DNA from: Octopus sinensis
Taxonomy: Eukaryota
Length of the DNA stretch: 64,000 nt
Assembly (NCBI RefSeq): GCF_006345805.1
Contig: NC_043015.1
Span: 3,596,001 to 3,660,000 of the forward strand
Reading direction: 5' to 3'
Numbering within the stretch: position 1 is the first letter of the stretch; every line of letters begins with the position of its first letter. Under the pieces are notes generated by a model that was given only the letters and a program-made list of their open reading frames with translations, was not told the DNA's origin and ran no database searches. The position numbers and the translations under genes are program-made. Positions 27,545 through 42,108 of the stretch are shown here, one piece after another.

Positions 27545-27960
27545 CGCACCTTGTCCACAACTACAAGTCAAGCCTGATGTGTTCTAACAGCTGCTCTGTT
27601 TGGATTGGGAAGTCGCAGAGTATTTTGCTATACTCCGACTCTGTCACGCTCTGCAATTTGTACCCACACCACGCCTTGCATCACTCTATTCCTAACATTT
27701 TCTAACGTACCACTTTCGACGCCTAGTCGTGTCTCATTGCACATCGCGACTTTCTATCTCCAAATATGATGAGTCTGCTTTACATCCAAGAGATTGTTCC
27801 TACCTCCTAAAATGATACATACCAAAAGCACCAGGAATTTGACGCAGGTAGAATTGCAGTCGTTTTGTTATATGGAAACACGTTTCTACAACACATTACT
27901 TGGATGGAAATATCCGCCCCCGGTTCTTCCAGCCTTACGAGTTTGCTTTCTTGGGCCAGA
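27545..27960 (-). mobile_element. Decayed RLE endonuclease fragment in opposite orientation
   Basis: Minus strand reads MRHD...SVTESEYSKILCDFPIQTEQLLEHIR/..VVDK. Confidence 0.7.
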
Positions 27961-28460
27961 CAATATATTTCTTTTTGATATCCATTCTGTACAGGTAAGC
28001 TTTTGCAGCTGTTGCTGGGAATGCAATGATGCTGTTATTGTTGGAGTTGCTATCATTATTCACATTAATCATATTGCTCTTTAAGTCGAGAAGACTACTG
28101 TTTTTAGTTATTTCTACTTGTGTAATTTCTGTACTGTTAGTAGTGGTGGTTTCTGGTGGTGATGTTGATGGTTAAGTTGTTAGTTGACGTGATTGTTCTC
28201 TTAACGTTGAAGGCGTTAGCTGTTACTTTTGTTATTGTATCATTTATTGCGGAGAATTGAACTTCATATGTAGAATCCTTCCTTGCTGTGTTGTTATTGC
28301 TCTCCTGCTTGCTATCATAGTGTGAGTGTGCTCCATCCTAGTTTGAACTCAGTGAGTGCTCAGGTCCAATTCCATTGGCGAGTGGAAGGCGAAGGGCTCT
28401 AGATTGTTTTGTAACTCACTATAAAGCTACCGCTTACTTCAACCTTTACACGTATCTTAC

Positions 28461-28516
28461 CTGGGTGATCGACGCCATGCTTGCTTATGCAAGAGTTTCT
28501 TTGTAGGATTGGCCGA
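28461..28516 (-). CDS. Putative exon E10 (SANPTKKLLHKQAWRRSP)
   Basis: Acceptor ttgtttccctctag, donor AG|gtaaga. 56 nt, phase 0->2, bridging E9 and E11. Confidence 0.65.
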
Positions 28517-28624
28517 CTAGAGGGAAACAACAATCAAACAAGCCCAAGCTACTCACTGGTATTGGGTTTAAATTATCAAATTTTTGAGACAAAATTAAAA
28601 CAACAAAATTAGGAGCGAAATTAC

Positions 28625-28830
28625 ATACCTTCAGGTAGTACAAATACCAATCTCTTCGCTAACTCATTGACTAAATTTTGAAATCTGCTTACAGCAACGT
28701 TACTTGCCTAAAATCCTTAGCCTCGTTTGTGTCCATTCTCAGTAGTGCCATCACTCTTTCACCCACAGAACTATGAATTTTCCCGCGCTTCTCTGCAAGT
28801 TGCGTTAGGGGTTCGTTAAGAGGCATCACG
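28625..28830 (-). mobile_element. Decayed L1/Tx1-like RT fragment
   Basis: KDFRQVTLL*ADFKI/LVNELAKRL resembles the RT motif FRPITLLNADFKILAKVLAKRL. Confidence 0.45.
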
Positions 28831-28962
28831 TGTGGCTTAAGAAAGCAAATTTTTGTAGTGAAGAACATCGAAACTTGACGATTTACCCATTGTACAGGAC
28901 ACCATTTGTTGCCGTATTTCCAGGACTGTTATCGACCTTTCACAGCAATACACATTCCTTAC

Positions 28963-29084
28963 CGAGATTCGCGCCATGTTGTCAAGGTAGCCGCCGGACT
29001 CCATTCTGCTTTCAAATTGCCACTCGTCCCAAACATTTAAGCGATGTATTGTTGAAATGTCGTACACAGCAGCCAACAGCCATC
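28963..29084 (-). CDS. Putative exon E9 (GWLLAAVYDISTIHRLNVWDEWQFESRMESGGYLDNMARIS)
   Basis: Acceptor tcgttttctaacctag, donor TCG|gtaagg. Only one open frame, phase 1->0. Confidence 0.75.
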
Positions 29085-29199
29085 CTAGGTTAGAAAACGA
29101 TGAATGAGACAAGCTGGATCTGCCTCAAATAATGGTAGATTTCTTTCCTTTCATGTGATAGCCTGGTGCAGCTACCAAAGAATAACCTTTGTCATGCCA

Positions 29200-29500
29200 T
29201 GTTTATTGGACAGAATATTCTCAAAACTCACAGAATATGAAAATTGTGTTGGCTTTTTGAATTACAGCGCATCACCGGTCACCCATCATATGGTGAAAAC
29301 GATCAATGTTTTCCTCGATAGTGGTAGTTACAGGACGTCTAAATGTTGAGTTATCTTCCCCTCACAAAATCATCTGCCCACGTGTGTGTTGTTCATAACG
29401 GCTGGAGCAGCAATATCAACATGAATGACCTAGGGAGCTGAAGTCCCTTTTCGCAGGAAATTGATAATATCACAAGGGTAAATGCTGCTATCATTTCCCA
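29200..29500 (-). mobile_element. Mariner transposase N-terminal (HTH) remnant
   Basis: Minus-strand gacgtcctgtaactaccactatcgaggaaaacattgatcg reads RPVTTTIEENIDR, like the mariner GRP..TEENI motif. Confidence 0.5.
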
Positions 29501-29961
29501 AGATATGTTGATACTAGTTATTTTTCAAATCTCTTTCCAAGACTGACATACAAATTAATGTGGAAAAAATGCGATTGTTGAGAAGAAAGTTTCAGATTAA
29601 TGCACGCAAGCATTCACGGCTCGATCATCACTCCTTCATAGTCAGTTTTCGAAACTCCTCTCGTGAAATTTCAAACGGGCAAGTAGTGTTACAAAATATT
29701 CGAATAGAAAATCCAAGGTCACATAATTCAACGTCTCATAATATTGAATAGAAAAATTTCAATGATATTCAAGCAAGTAAATAATTTCTGCATTGTCAGG
29801 AAATATTGAAACCACAGAATTTTCTAAAAAAACGGTGCAAGATGCAAGTCCTTAGGATGAATGGATGAATGTATTCAGAAACGTGAATATATGCACACGC
29901 ACATACGCACACACACATATATCATTTACGTATATAAAGATATATACATATATATATATAC

Positions 29962-30063
<102 letters not shown>

Positions 30064-30858
30064 ATATATACGTATTTAATGTAATATAAACTGAATCTCG
30101 TAAATCACTGAGTCTCATATGTTTCAAATATACCTAATATGGAGGCATTTGCTTTAGAAAAATAATTAATAAGTCATGCAGTTTCTGACAACCGTGTAAT
30201 TTTTCATTCGGACGCCTTTAATTTTATAGGCAGGAATTGTGTTTATAATGGAGGTTACTGACCGAAGCATCATTTCTATAATCTATGTAATCATAAAAAA
30301 GAAAATAATGTGAATTAAATATATGCACATGCGTTTACTATGAAAAGAAGCATCAAGTTTGTTTAGCTGTCATTATATATTTTTTAACATATCCGTCACT
30401 AATAATATAATTGCTTGAATTATGGACAGCTTACGAATAATTTCAATGCAGCGATTTAACATTTAATAACTGTCTTTTCAAATAACCCGTTGTATATAAA
30501 TGGTATACATAAGGCAACGTTGCAAACATTAATGAGTTTGTTGCACTTGTGATCAATATAACTCGCAAAATAATAATTATATAGAATGAATATTGCTCAA
30601 CTGAGTTTAAGTTAAGCAATAATCATTATCTATCTCTGTATCTCTCTCTCATATCTATATAAATAAATATTAAAACAGTTGGAGATGATGTACATTTATT
30701 ATACATTACAAGAAATGAGGTACTCAGAAAATTGATGGTTTTATATTTACAGATATTTATTAATATGTGATATGTTTTGGGAGATATATAATTTATAAAA
30801 ACATGTCACATACTAATAAATATCTGTAAATATAAAACGACCCAGACTTCTAATATAC

Positions 30859-30892
<34 letters not shown>

Positions 30893-31643
30893 GCTTGTAG
30901 TGCTTCATCGTCTATTATTCATCTGAAATCCAAGCGTATTACTGTATACACACTAGCAGCTGAGATAACCACCTCAGGCACCCCGTTATATTTCAAAGAA
31001 GATGTTTCTCGTGCGGTGTTTTTTTATACCGTATATGAAAGATCGTGGAGAGTTATCAAAATTTACCCGGCTTAATATTTATATATAACATATTCATCGT
31101 GTATCGGCAGTCTAAATATCTGTTGGCATATACCTATACATAGGCTGTGAAACGAACAATTGCAATACAATAACAGCGACGAAATGAAAATACCTGAAGC
31201 AAATATATCATCCATTGTTAAAGTGTGTTTTACACCTTATGTTATAAGGCAATGATATCAATAACATAAGTAGCCATTGAAAACTATATAGCACCAATAA
31301 AGCGAAGAATGTCTTTTTCTTCCATCCTCACAGATGCTTTTTCTCAAGCTTTGTTTTCTCCTCTATTTTAATTGTATCTGCCCATAATAAAAATTCCTTT
31401 CGAGGCCTGTTTCCTCGTAGTTACATTAAACAAGGACCAAAAAGCCGAAATTCTTTTCCTTCGACATATGTTTTTCGTTTTGCTGCTGTTACCCAGTAAA
31501 TCTATACATAATTATAAGAAAGTATATATCAAACATAAATGTGTTGCTGATATTCTCTGAGCGATATCACGTGTCCATTCAAACCGTAGATGTTGACGTT
31601 TTAGAGAGCTTTAAGTATCGAAATTTCCAACGATCTTACTTAC

Positions 31644-31677
31644 CTGACAGTAATATTGAGAAACCGCTGGCGCATGT
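31644..31677 (-). CDS. Putative exon E8 (TCASGFSILLS)
   Basis: Acceptor ttttgcgtttacag, donor AG|gtaagt. 34 nt. All three frames are open; phase 0->1 was chosen because it fits E7 and E9 and forms one hydrophobic helix with GWLLAAVY. Confidence 0.65.
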
Positions 31678-32062
31678 CTGTAAACGCAAAACGGCCTATT
31701 GGATTCAATATCATGAAGAATACACTGCCACCACAATTGAGTACTTTAATATATTATATTTCAATCATGGACATGATTTCCTTTACATACATTCTACGTA
31801 AGTTAACTTCTCATGCTGCAGTATTTTATCCATAAAAATCTATAGTTTTACTTTACATCTGAAGTGTATTGATTTGTTGTCAGGGATTCTCAATGATTGT
31901 CATGTGAGCTGTTAGTCATTTTACGTTTTTTTTATTTTTTACCATTTATCTATTGCAAATTTCGTATTTCCTTTGTATCTCCAAGAGGAAATCGTTTCCA
32001 CTAATGTGTAACTTTCTTCAGCAGCTGCCATCCGAATCACTTTATAGTGAGTCTCCACTTAC

Positions 32063-32130
32063 GGTAGTATAGGTCAAAAGGTCAATTATAATGCTGATGA
32101 TCAAACAGCACTCTATAACTACCCAATATC
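32063..32130 (-). CDS. Putative exon E7 (GYWVVIECCLIISIIIDLLTYTT, hydrophobic)
   Basis: Donor ACC|gtaagt. Acceptor ctttaag, or ttatag 18 nt downstream in the same phase. Phase 1->0. Confidence 0.6.
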
Positions 32131-32705
32131 CTTAAAGCTTAAGTATTCATTTCCTTTCTAAATTATCTCTATCAGGGTTTTTGAAATCATTTATAGAATG
32201 TAATGTTATAGGAACAAACACACTTTCAACTGTAGATATATTAGAAACGACATTATATTTGGATGAAAATGTGTTGAAAATACGACGTACTGATTTTCCA
32301 GTATATACATATATTTTACAACACAATATAAAAACCGCACGATACTATCGCACACACACACTCACAAACACACAAGAAAAACCGCTCTGTGTGTGCATCT
32401 ATGTATGTTTCTATGTGTATACATCTCCATTTGTATACATCTATATGTTATTATATATGCTTAAGAATATTTTTGAGAATGTACTATTGTTGTGCATTGA
32501 TGTGCTGTGATAAATGTCAGGGGATGCAGGTTCTATGTGTCTTGAAATACGCCTTGGCTTGATGAATTAGCTACATAAGCAAACTTATACACAATAGCAT
32601 CAAAGAAAGGGATAATACATTCTAACTATAAAAAACGAAAACCAAACCACTGTAAAAAATGAAATTTACACTATGAAATAAGGGTCATGATCTATTTTAG
32701 AAATA

Positions 32706-33101
32706 CTCTTTTACTATTTTACTTGTTTCAGTTATTTCACTGCGACCAAGCTGGAGCACCGCCTTTAGTCATGCAAATCGACTCCAGGCCTTATTCTTTG
32801 TAAGCCTAGTACTTATTATATCGGACATTTTTTCCGAGCCGCTAAGTTACGTGGACGTAAACACACCAGCATCGGCTGTAAAGCGAGGTTGGGGGGGACA
32901 AATATAGACACTCAAACATATATATCCATATACATATATACGACGGGCTTCTTTCAGTTTCCGTCAACCAAATCCTCTCACATTGATTTGGGCAGCCCGT
33001 GGCTATAGTAGAAGGTACTTGGCTAATATGACACGCAGTGGGACTGAACCCGGAAGAATGTGGTTGATAAGCAAGCTACTTACCACACAACCACTCATGC
33101 C
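32706..33101 (-). mobile_element. tRNA-derived CORE-like SINE (family B), near full length
   Basis: Head gtggttgtgtggtaagtagcttgct..gggttcagtcccactgcg, internal (TA)-rich linker, and a 3' part shared with 58141-58561 and 17700-17875. Confidence 0.85.
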
Positions 33102-34014
33102 TACCACACTGCCCATCATCTATAAATAATACGGATTGCCTGTCTCTGGACTCGTCTTTGTCATCGTGAAAATGCAATATGTCTAGTAATACATTGTTGA
33201 GAATTGAAGTGAAAGTACTCAAACCTAAAGGCTAACGAACATTCAATGTTTTTCAGCTTGTCACTGCTCAATCAGGCCGCCAACAGGGGAATATATCCAA
33301 CAAAGTGGCTTGTACAGAATCGCTCAACCTGTGATGAATAGCAGCCTGGCTTCCTTGTATGATTCAATCTAGCGTTACACACTGTAACTCTACGATGTAT
33401 ACAACACTAAATTCCTGGAATTCATTTGATCAGATGTTTTCCTATATAGGCATGGTTTACGGATGAATATTGGATATAACTGTCAACTACAGCGGTGACA
33501 TATACTGTTTCAAATAGTTTGCATCTACGTCTGTTCATATTTATCAGTATTAAGAATTTTTTTTTTTTTCAATTCAGAACACAATTTTAAGACTAATATC
33601 TATAAAATAACTACAAACGCTACAATAGTATTTGTTTTATTTCAATCTAAACTAATTTTCTTTCTGAAATTTTATATAGATTTTTTACATAATTTTTTTT
33701 TTGTCGCAGGCGTATTGCTCGAGGAATGAGCTGATTTTCCTCCAAATTCGGCAGTGTCAATATTACATAAATAAATACTAATGAAGATATAGTTTTCTTT
33801 TCTTTTTTCAAATGCATTCTGCAAAGCTTCTCTTAAATACTTAAGTATTTCTGGCGGATACGAAAACAAATAAACATTTGAAAACAGCGAGCATTATACG
33901 CACTAAGTAGAAGTAATTTTAGAAATGAATGCTTAAGAGCAAATGACATCAAATAACATTTAATATATTGAAACGGGGGAATACAAAAGCGTTTCAAATA
34001 CAAACAATTCGTAC

Positions 34015-34078
34015 CTCGGTCCCGTTTGCAAAGTAACCCTGGGTAACCAGGATTGAATTGTGGCAAAGAAAAATTAAT
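34015..34078 (-). CDS. Putative exon E6 (INFSLPQFNPGYPGLLCKRDR)
   Basis: Acceptor cattgtcattag, donor G|gtacga. Phase 0->1; a second frame is also open. Confidence 0.45.
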
Positions 34079-34998
34079 CTAATGACAATGCAATTAATTT
34101 ACAAACACAATTACTGTACGTTTTTTTCAAAGTAATAAGCGTTCAATTACTACAAAAATATTTAGATGCCCTTTTCGCAAAAAAGAATAACCAAATGTTT
34201 TTTTTTATAGACGATGAACGCTATCTTCTGAAGGCATTATTATTACAGTTATATTGTTTAATATTGTTATAACATATTACTTTACTGCAGAAAATAATAT
34301 CAAAAGAACATAACAAAAAGTTAACATGCCGTACATATTTCATATCGAATAATATTTTCTCAACGTAGCCTGTATATTTGATAACGCATGATAACTTAAT
34401 GCAGACATTGCAATTCCATTTATAATCTAATTGAACATATATGATTTAAAGTGGCAATATACAGACCTCATTTAACCTAAATTATTCCAATTACATCTAC
34501 CACTAAAATTTCAGTCAATTTAACCCTTGTTAGTCTCTAGAATTTCACTTCCTTAAGAAAGAAACGTATACTTGCAATAGATTTCCTGCAGTTCATTTCA
34601 GTTATTAAGCCTCTCTGTCGGAGATTTTCCAGTGAAAATCCATTATTTGGCTGAATTTCAATGCAATTGAAATAGGTGTAATTCAGTAATTTCAAATCTA
34701 CTTCACTTGATCTTATGACAGCATAGTAGATACAACTTAATACTGTTCATATATCGATTTACTAGGATGAAAAGAATTTTGCTTTCGCCTGCAGGTATTA
34801 TGGAATGATCGAAACTTTTAGTATATATCAAAGATCTCCTCTGCATTTTGTGCTCTTATCACCGGAATTTAATCTGTTTATCTACAAAAAAATTATCTGT
34901 AAAAGGATATACTTTTAAATGTAATGAAAAGAACAATGTGTTAGTTTGATTTGATTGCAAGAACTGCGAGATAAACCTGTCGTATATACACATGTATG

Positions 34999-35082
<84 letters not shown>

Positions 35083-35924
35083 ATATATATATACCTATAC
35101 ATACATGTTAGCACCATTATGCATGTGTGTGTGTTTATGGGTGTGGATGTGTACGTGTTTGTGTGTGTGCACGCGTGTATTTGCGTCCGTGCGTATCATT
35201 GGATAGGAATGAGGGAAATTCTTTTATGAACGTCTAGGTATGTATTTGTGACTACGATGGTCATTATTGCACACTTCCCGGAAATGATCTCATTTTTCTG
35301 GAAATAATAATTTTTTTCTTAATATTTCGCACTCATAATTGATGTTTGTAAATGAGACTATTTGTTTGTCTATATTTCAGTTGATTTTCGAAACGTTGTC
35401 GGATTTGTTTACGCTACGCCAAATTGATAATTACTATACCAAACTGTAATCGCTTCTTGTTTTTATCAACATCATTTGAGTAATTTTGAGTTTTGCAAAT
35501 TATTTTTCAACTAGGCCATCTAGATGGGGAGGGCTCCCCTTAAACCTAATGGCATTACTTAGGATCTTCCGTTTTGCTTGTTGTTATCAACAGAACAGAC
35601 TTGCTCGTATTGTTTAGTTGTCTTTTTTGGGTTTTTTTTATAGCTATAATTATTCTTCTACAATTACTTTACTGCCTTTTCATTGTAGGTGAGCTGTTAA
35701 CCCACACATTGCTTGAATAATACAATTGTGTGAATGTAACATGTGTACATCTACATTTCCTTAAATATATGGTAAGCTAGCATTTCGAGGTTGTCTTGAA
35801 ATATTTGTATCTTAGTGTGACACATAACAGAAGATTGACGTTTGTTTATATTCATTGTGTTAAATGTTGTTCTTGCAATCCTTTCACGCATGTTTCACAA
35901 TGTTACTCTTATAAAAGGCGGTAA

Positions 35925-36500
35925 GCTAGCAGGAACGTTAGCACACCGGGCCAAATGCTTAGCGATATTTCGTCTGTTTTAAAGTTCTGAGTTCAAATTC
36001 TGCCGAAGTCGACTTTGCCTTTCATCCTTTCGGGGTCGAAAAATAAAGTACCAGTTATGCACTTGGGTCTATGTAATCGAAATCGAATTATTCACTTCGT
36101 CTGTCCTGGTTTGTCCTTTCTGTGTTTAGCCCCTTGTGGGTAGTAAATAAATAGGTATTTCATCATTATTTTGAGGCGGCGAGATGGCAGAAACGTTTGC
36201 ACGCCGGGTGAAATGCGTAGCTGTATTACGTCTGCCGTTACATTCTGAGTTCAAATTCCGCCGAGGTCGACTTTACCTTTTATCCTTCCGGGATCGATTA
36301 AATAAGTACCAGTTACGAACTGGAGTCGATATAATCGACTTAATCCGTTTGTCTGTCCTTGTTTGTCCCCTCTGCGTTTAGCCCCTTGTGGGTAATAAAG
36401 AAATAGGTATTTCGTCTGCCTTTACGTTCTGAGTTCAAAGTCCGCAGAGATCGACTTTACCTTTCATCCTTTTCTGGTCGATAAATTAAGTACCAGTTAC
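35925..36500 (+). mobile_element. Cluster of family A SINEs (monomer plus dimer)
   Basis: Three bodies of gttcaaattc.gccga.gtcgacttt.ccttt.atcc and two heads. Confidence 0.9.
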
Positions 36501-36974
36501 GTACTGTGTATGTATTTGTCGATCAGAGTTCGAGGCCTCTCCCTAAAGTAGAAAAGAAAAGAATGTTACTCCTATATACGTGGCAGTGTCCATAACTCTG
36601 AACGTCTCATATGAGAAACACAGTTTCCATTTGTATTTTCGGCTTTTTTCCTTCTATACGAACTGTCTGTACATACAAGGTGCTATTGTCTTTCAGAAAA
36701 TGTTAACGTCAACGTGTAGAGTGCAGATTGCAAATGAGACGGTGGACGCATTCCATATGCTAAATAGAGTAAATTATTGACGAAATAAGGAACGTCTTAG
36801 ATTCGGAGAAGGCTTAGTTTCCAAACACGTGTTAAAATCCAGTGGAATGATGGAATCGTTACTGCGTCGTAAAATGTCCATGTAAAACGAGCATTCTTTT
36901 CGCATGATTTTGTGACACAAATGAAAAATACCAGTTGAGGATTAATTGGTATCGACTCACGCCCCAAATTCAAA

Positions 36975-37152
36975 AATCTTCCTTCTTTTTCGTCGTCTTC
37001 TTCTTCTTCTTCTTCTTCTTCTTCTTCTTCTTCTTCTTCTTCTTCTTCTTCTTCTTCTTCTTCTTCTTCTTCTTCTTCTTCTTCGGGTTTATGTCCGCCC
37101 ATGTTTTTGCTCTGTTGCCTTCGTGTTTATGTCCGTACCACTTCTTTACTCT

Positions 37153-37196
<44 letters not shown>

Positions 37197-37258
37197 GTTG
37201 TTGTTGTTGTTGTTGTTGCTGTTGTTGTTGTTGTTGTTATTATCATTACTATTATCAC

Positions 37259-37309
<51 letters not shown>

Positions 37310-37310
37310 T
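36975..37310. repeat. (CTT)n and (ATT/GTT)n microsatellites
   Basis: Seen directly. Confidence 0.95.
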
Positions 37311-38828
37311 TCGGTAGTCAAAATCCATGCACCTATTCGTTTGTTTGATTCCCAATTCCACCGTGGTCGACTTTGCCTTTCGTCCATCCCGATCAAAAAA
37401 TGAAAAACTGATCAATTACTGGAATTCAGAAATTTAACTAGACGCATGCTTAAAAACTAAAAACGTTCGTCTTGTGCCTATAATGGAAATGGTTATTATT
37501 AATGTAGCATTGTTATTCTAGTCCTAGCTATTACCATCCGTCATTAACAATCACTTCCGCTTCCTTTTCTTCCTCCTCCTCATAATCTTCATTACTATTA
37601 ATGTAACGTGCTAAGTGATCCGTTTGTGTCAGCAAAATACATCTTTGTTTATCCTTGTCATTTTTGGCACATTATAGTTATTTTTAAAACTGAGTACGAT
37701 CAAAATTAATTGTCATGTTTCAGGGTCGATAAAAGATTATACTGAACATGTATGACGTTCAAAGTTATCAATGACATCATTCCGCAAGTTACTTATCTTG
37801 TACCTATAATAGGAAGAATTATTTTCAGTAGATGGTTGCGGTGAAAATATCGTTCAAGTGTCGGGAAATCTTTATTTTTCTGAATTTTGCAGATACAAAA
37901 ACGAACCGTGTTCTGTCGCAGTGCGACAACAAAGGCTACGTTCCTTTTAACGAGTTCAGCTAGATTGGATGAAAGATATTTTTAACAACATTTGTTTCAA
38001 CAGTAATTTGCTGACAGATATAGGAAACGCCTCTTGCAAAAAAGAAAATAAAAGGCAGGCAAAACTATCAAAATACCAAAAAAATATATAATTCAATAAA
38101 AATGGGAAACGTTCATACCGTACAAGCAGTATATATTTTTAAACAAGAAAATCTAATGTTTTTGTGAACATCGACAATAACGATGAGAAAATTTTTTGTC
38201 TCTGCTGTTAGCAAAAGCAAGTACATGAATATTATCTATAGAATAGACACTATTGTTTACAGATTATGGTTTTAAGACCGGGGGACGTAACGATGAATCG
38301 ATTCCAACCCTATTTGATCTTAGAATGTTGCTTAAATTGCTTCATTCACTAGCAGAGAATGTCAGACATTCCATTGTCTTTCTTTCCTCAAAGAACTTAA
38401 TGAGAAATGATTGTTTTTGTTTTATTGTTATTTCATTATTCGTCGGTTCTAAATGTGTGGTTCACTATTCTACTTGTGTTTTACTAATTTGTCTCTCACA
38501 CTCAAGCATGTACACTGTGTAGATATATACTTAAATAAACAGTGTGGATAAGATGAAATTATAACTACTTATCATGTTTACTGTTTGTCAAAATAGATAA
38601 AAAACATTTAAAATGTAGAGCACGTAAACTATTCAATTACGAATATCTTCAGCATTACTGTCATGCTTAAGATTGCCTTATAAGGTCTAGAAGCCAGTAT
38701 ACTGATAATGAAAACGTCTAAGCCTCAAAAACCTTTTATCAAAACACCGATTGATTTTCTTGTAATTGTATAAATCACATAATAATGAAAACGAACAGGT
38801 TTCTTTTTATTTCCTGATAAGTTTGTAC

Positions 38829-38877
38829 CTTATAAGTCAAAGGGAAGATTTGAGTAAAATTATACACATGTGTCCGA
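38829..38877 (-). CDS. Putative exon E5 (RTHVYNFTQIFPLTYK)
   Basis: Acceptor ttattttaaacag, donor AAG|gtacaa. Single open frame, phase 2->0. Confidence 0.42.
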
Positions 38878-38991
38878 CTGTTTAAAATAATTATTTTTAT
38901 TTATTTATGCAGCAGAGGATAGATCTGTATTTATATTGATATATTGATTCCATTGTTCAATAAAATGGAGCCACTTAATTTGCTTAATTTG

Positions 38992-39023
<32 letters not shown>

Positions 39024-41094
39024 ATGAATATGGTACTTAAGTTAGATGCACCAGAATTTTGTATGGTTTTATCCATATAAATCCATGGGGTCATTATAAT
39101 CAAAATATGCAACAAGAATAACTTCGGTAATTTGGTACGATCGTTTCAAGCTACATCATTTTATTAAATGTTGTAAGTATTACAACAGTTTTAAAATGTT
39201 GAGCAATCGTCAGCCATTAATAGAGGTTTTCCATTAATACATAATTTTCATATCAATTGATAACATTATAGATAAGGTAGATATATATAGACAAAGATAT
39301 CGATTTAAAATTTAAGAACATTAAGGTGGTAGAGTGTATCAACTGACTGAAAAATATTCAGAATATTCAGTTGTTTTGAACTGCTAGAAGGTTTGCTAAC
39401 AATGATCAATTGAAAGAAGGCAAGAAAGATTTTCTATTTATAGAAATAGGGGTGAAATAGATGGCAAAGTTCCATATAAAGAAATTGAGGTAGGGAGAGA
39501 GGGGCGTAATGCTACAGAGGTCGTTTACTATTATTTGGCAAACAGATTTCGTATTAGGAAAATAGGTCACTATCAAATGGTCAAAGTCACCACTTATAGA
39601 GAATACACATATTCTTTTATACTTATATACATCAACTTTATATTTAGCTGGTAGGTTTTAAATATTTTGATACGTCGGATTAAAGGAGAAATTATAAATC
39701 TAATATTAATTCATTTTGGAGAAAAATCTATCAATTATTATGAGTAGGCATAATACTCATTAACTGAGGACAAAAGTCGTATTAATCAAGTGAATATATT
39801 CATATAACCATAATCATCCCTATAGATTTCACTAACAAACCTCATTCCATTTCATTTCAGTTCAGCTGGGTTTTTTTTATATTTGCTTTTTCTGACTCTC
39901 AATACAATTCCCCCCTGCCGCCACTCTCTACATATCTCTATCTGCTATTCTTTAACTACGCCACTAGAATGTCATCCTCTGCTAAATATTGCATGCTAAG
40001 CAAATTTCTTTCTGACCACCTTCCCTTTCAGCCACCTTTTTCCTCAGTTAGTAACTATTCCTTTGTAACTATACCTCACGTCGTTCTCCCTCTCACAATC
40101 TCTTTCCCTTTCTCTCTCTCCCTCTTTTCTATCATCGTCCTTTTCTCTCACAATTCGTCTCCCCTTTCAGTTAGCCACGTGTATTATTTGGCCAAAGAGT
40201 TTTCTATTATACCCCTTTCTCTACTACTTCCTATCGCTCTCTAACCCTTACGTAACCAGTCACTCACTATATCACCACCTCTCTAACTAAATAAATTATA
40301 ACGGTAGAACGAAAAGTGCAGAATCATATATATATATATATACATTTACATAGGGGAAAAGGTAAATACACCATTCGATCATCAATGGCTATGGGACTGC
40401 AACTACAAAATTCGGTCAGGTTTGTTTATGAAAGACCAGATATCAATACAGGCGTCGCTGTACCGATGCTTACCAAGTTAAATGCAGACGCCGATAAAAC
40501 TTGGCACCAAAACGCTGCAACTCACTTCTACAGCTGAGTTAACTGGATCTATATGAAATAAAGTCTCTTAGTCAAAATGCCGTAGATGTGGCAGTTTATT
40601 CCGTGCAGTCACTATGTATTTCAATGCATAATCAAACACATTAGATACAGCCGAAGGCAAACAGACTCATTTTCGGAGTTTTGTTAATACAAATAATGTT
40701 TAAAGCTATATTGATACAATCTGCTTTTGTATTTTTACTACGTTTTCGTTATCATATTGTATGTATATTTCTTTGGTTTTCAAAATAGTCAAGTAGTTAA
40801 GTATGGAGCAGTGCCTTGAGTGTGTGTATTTATCTATGTATCTATCTATCCATCTATCTATCAACCTAATTATATATATGTATATATATATATAATTATA
40901 TATAGTACAATGTATATGGGCTGGACGCTGGTTAAAAAAATTCCTAACAAATCTATGTGTCTATATTTAAATTTATATATTTGGGTATATTCAAAGTTAA
41001 TTACATGCCAACATAACATATTTTCTTCTGTCATTTAAATTCCCTCATCCATTATCCATTTCTATTTTTTTTAAATAAGAATGTAAAAAAGCAT

Positions 41095-41188
<94 letters not shown>

Positions 41189-41511
41189 TATATAAATAGA
41201 TACACGTGGGTGTACGGGGGAGGATAATTTAACTAGTAATTTTGTTTTTATTTTTAGTATTACCTCTTTCAAGAAAGATTAGTATTAAATTACCGGAAGG
41301 TTCAAAATTATATTTCAGCAGAAGCTGACTGAAGTGTAGAAAGGAGCATGGCGTTATGTCGTAAAAACCCGTGAGTGTAATAGAAATACTTCAAAGAAAC
41401 AAAGACACATCTGATAAATGTTGAAGTGGTTAGTCTTGATCACTATAATTCCTTTAGTATCTCTAAATCATTCTATTGCATTTTACATATTATATATATA
41501 GGCGATATATA

Positions 41512-41512
41512 C

Positions 41513-41589
<77 letters not shown>

Positions 41590-41625
41590 GAGATAGATAG
41601 ATAGATAGGTGGATAGATAGATAGA
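41512..41625. repeat. (GATA)n microsatellite
   Basis: Seen directly. Confidence 0.95.
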
Positions 41626-42108
41626 ATGGTTTAAGTCGCCTCTCGTGGGTGTTTAATTTTGCATATTCAGTGAAGCGTTCTGTGTCACGAAGAGTTTCAC
41701 GTAATGCAGCAGCAGATATGCTCTCCTATTACACCCATCAATACCTCGTCAACTACTGCTTCCGTCCTCAAGAGCAGCAAATCACTGATCTGTACTCTTT
41801 ATTACATGTACCAAGCTGTGGTATTGGTTTTTGAAAAAATGCGCAAGGAAAATAATTTCTTAATTATTTCAAAATAGTTCTTTAGTTGAATACATTTAGT
41901 CAGCTGTAATTTACTCAAGTTAATATTCCAGTGTTTCGTGTTTGCTGTAATCGTACCAGAATCTTAAAGTAAGATATATTATGCCCCGGTGATAAGGGAT
42001 GAAAAAGAGAAGATGCTAAAATATGCAGCTCAAAATACAGATCGACCTGCTTTCGACCATTTTACGGTACGTATTTGCTAATATTTCTCGAAAACATATC
42101 TTCTGAAG

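Noticed and set aside
23575-29084. Loose resemblance of E9-E11 to a TIR domain (RLSRSDF..RKTI..LS..KKRIVV) and to a TRP box (EWQF)
   Set aside because: Only a few residues match, and polar residues occupy expected beta-strand positions. A profile search is needed.
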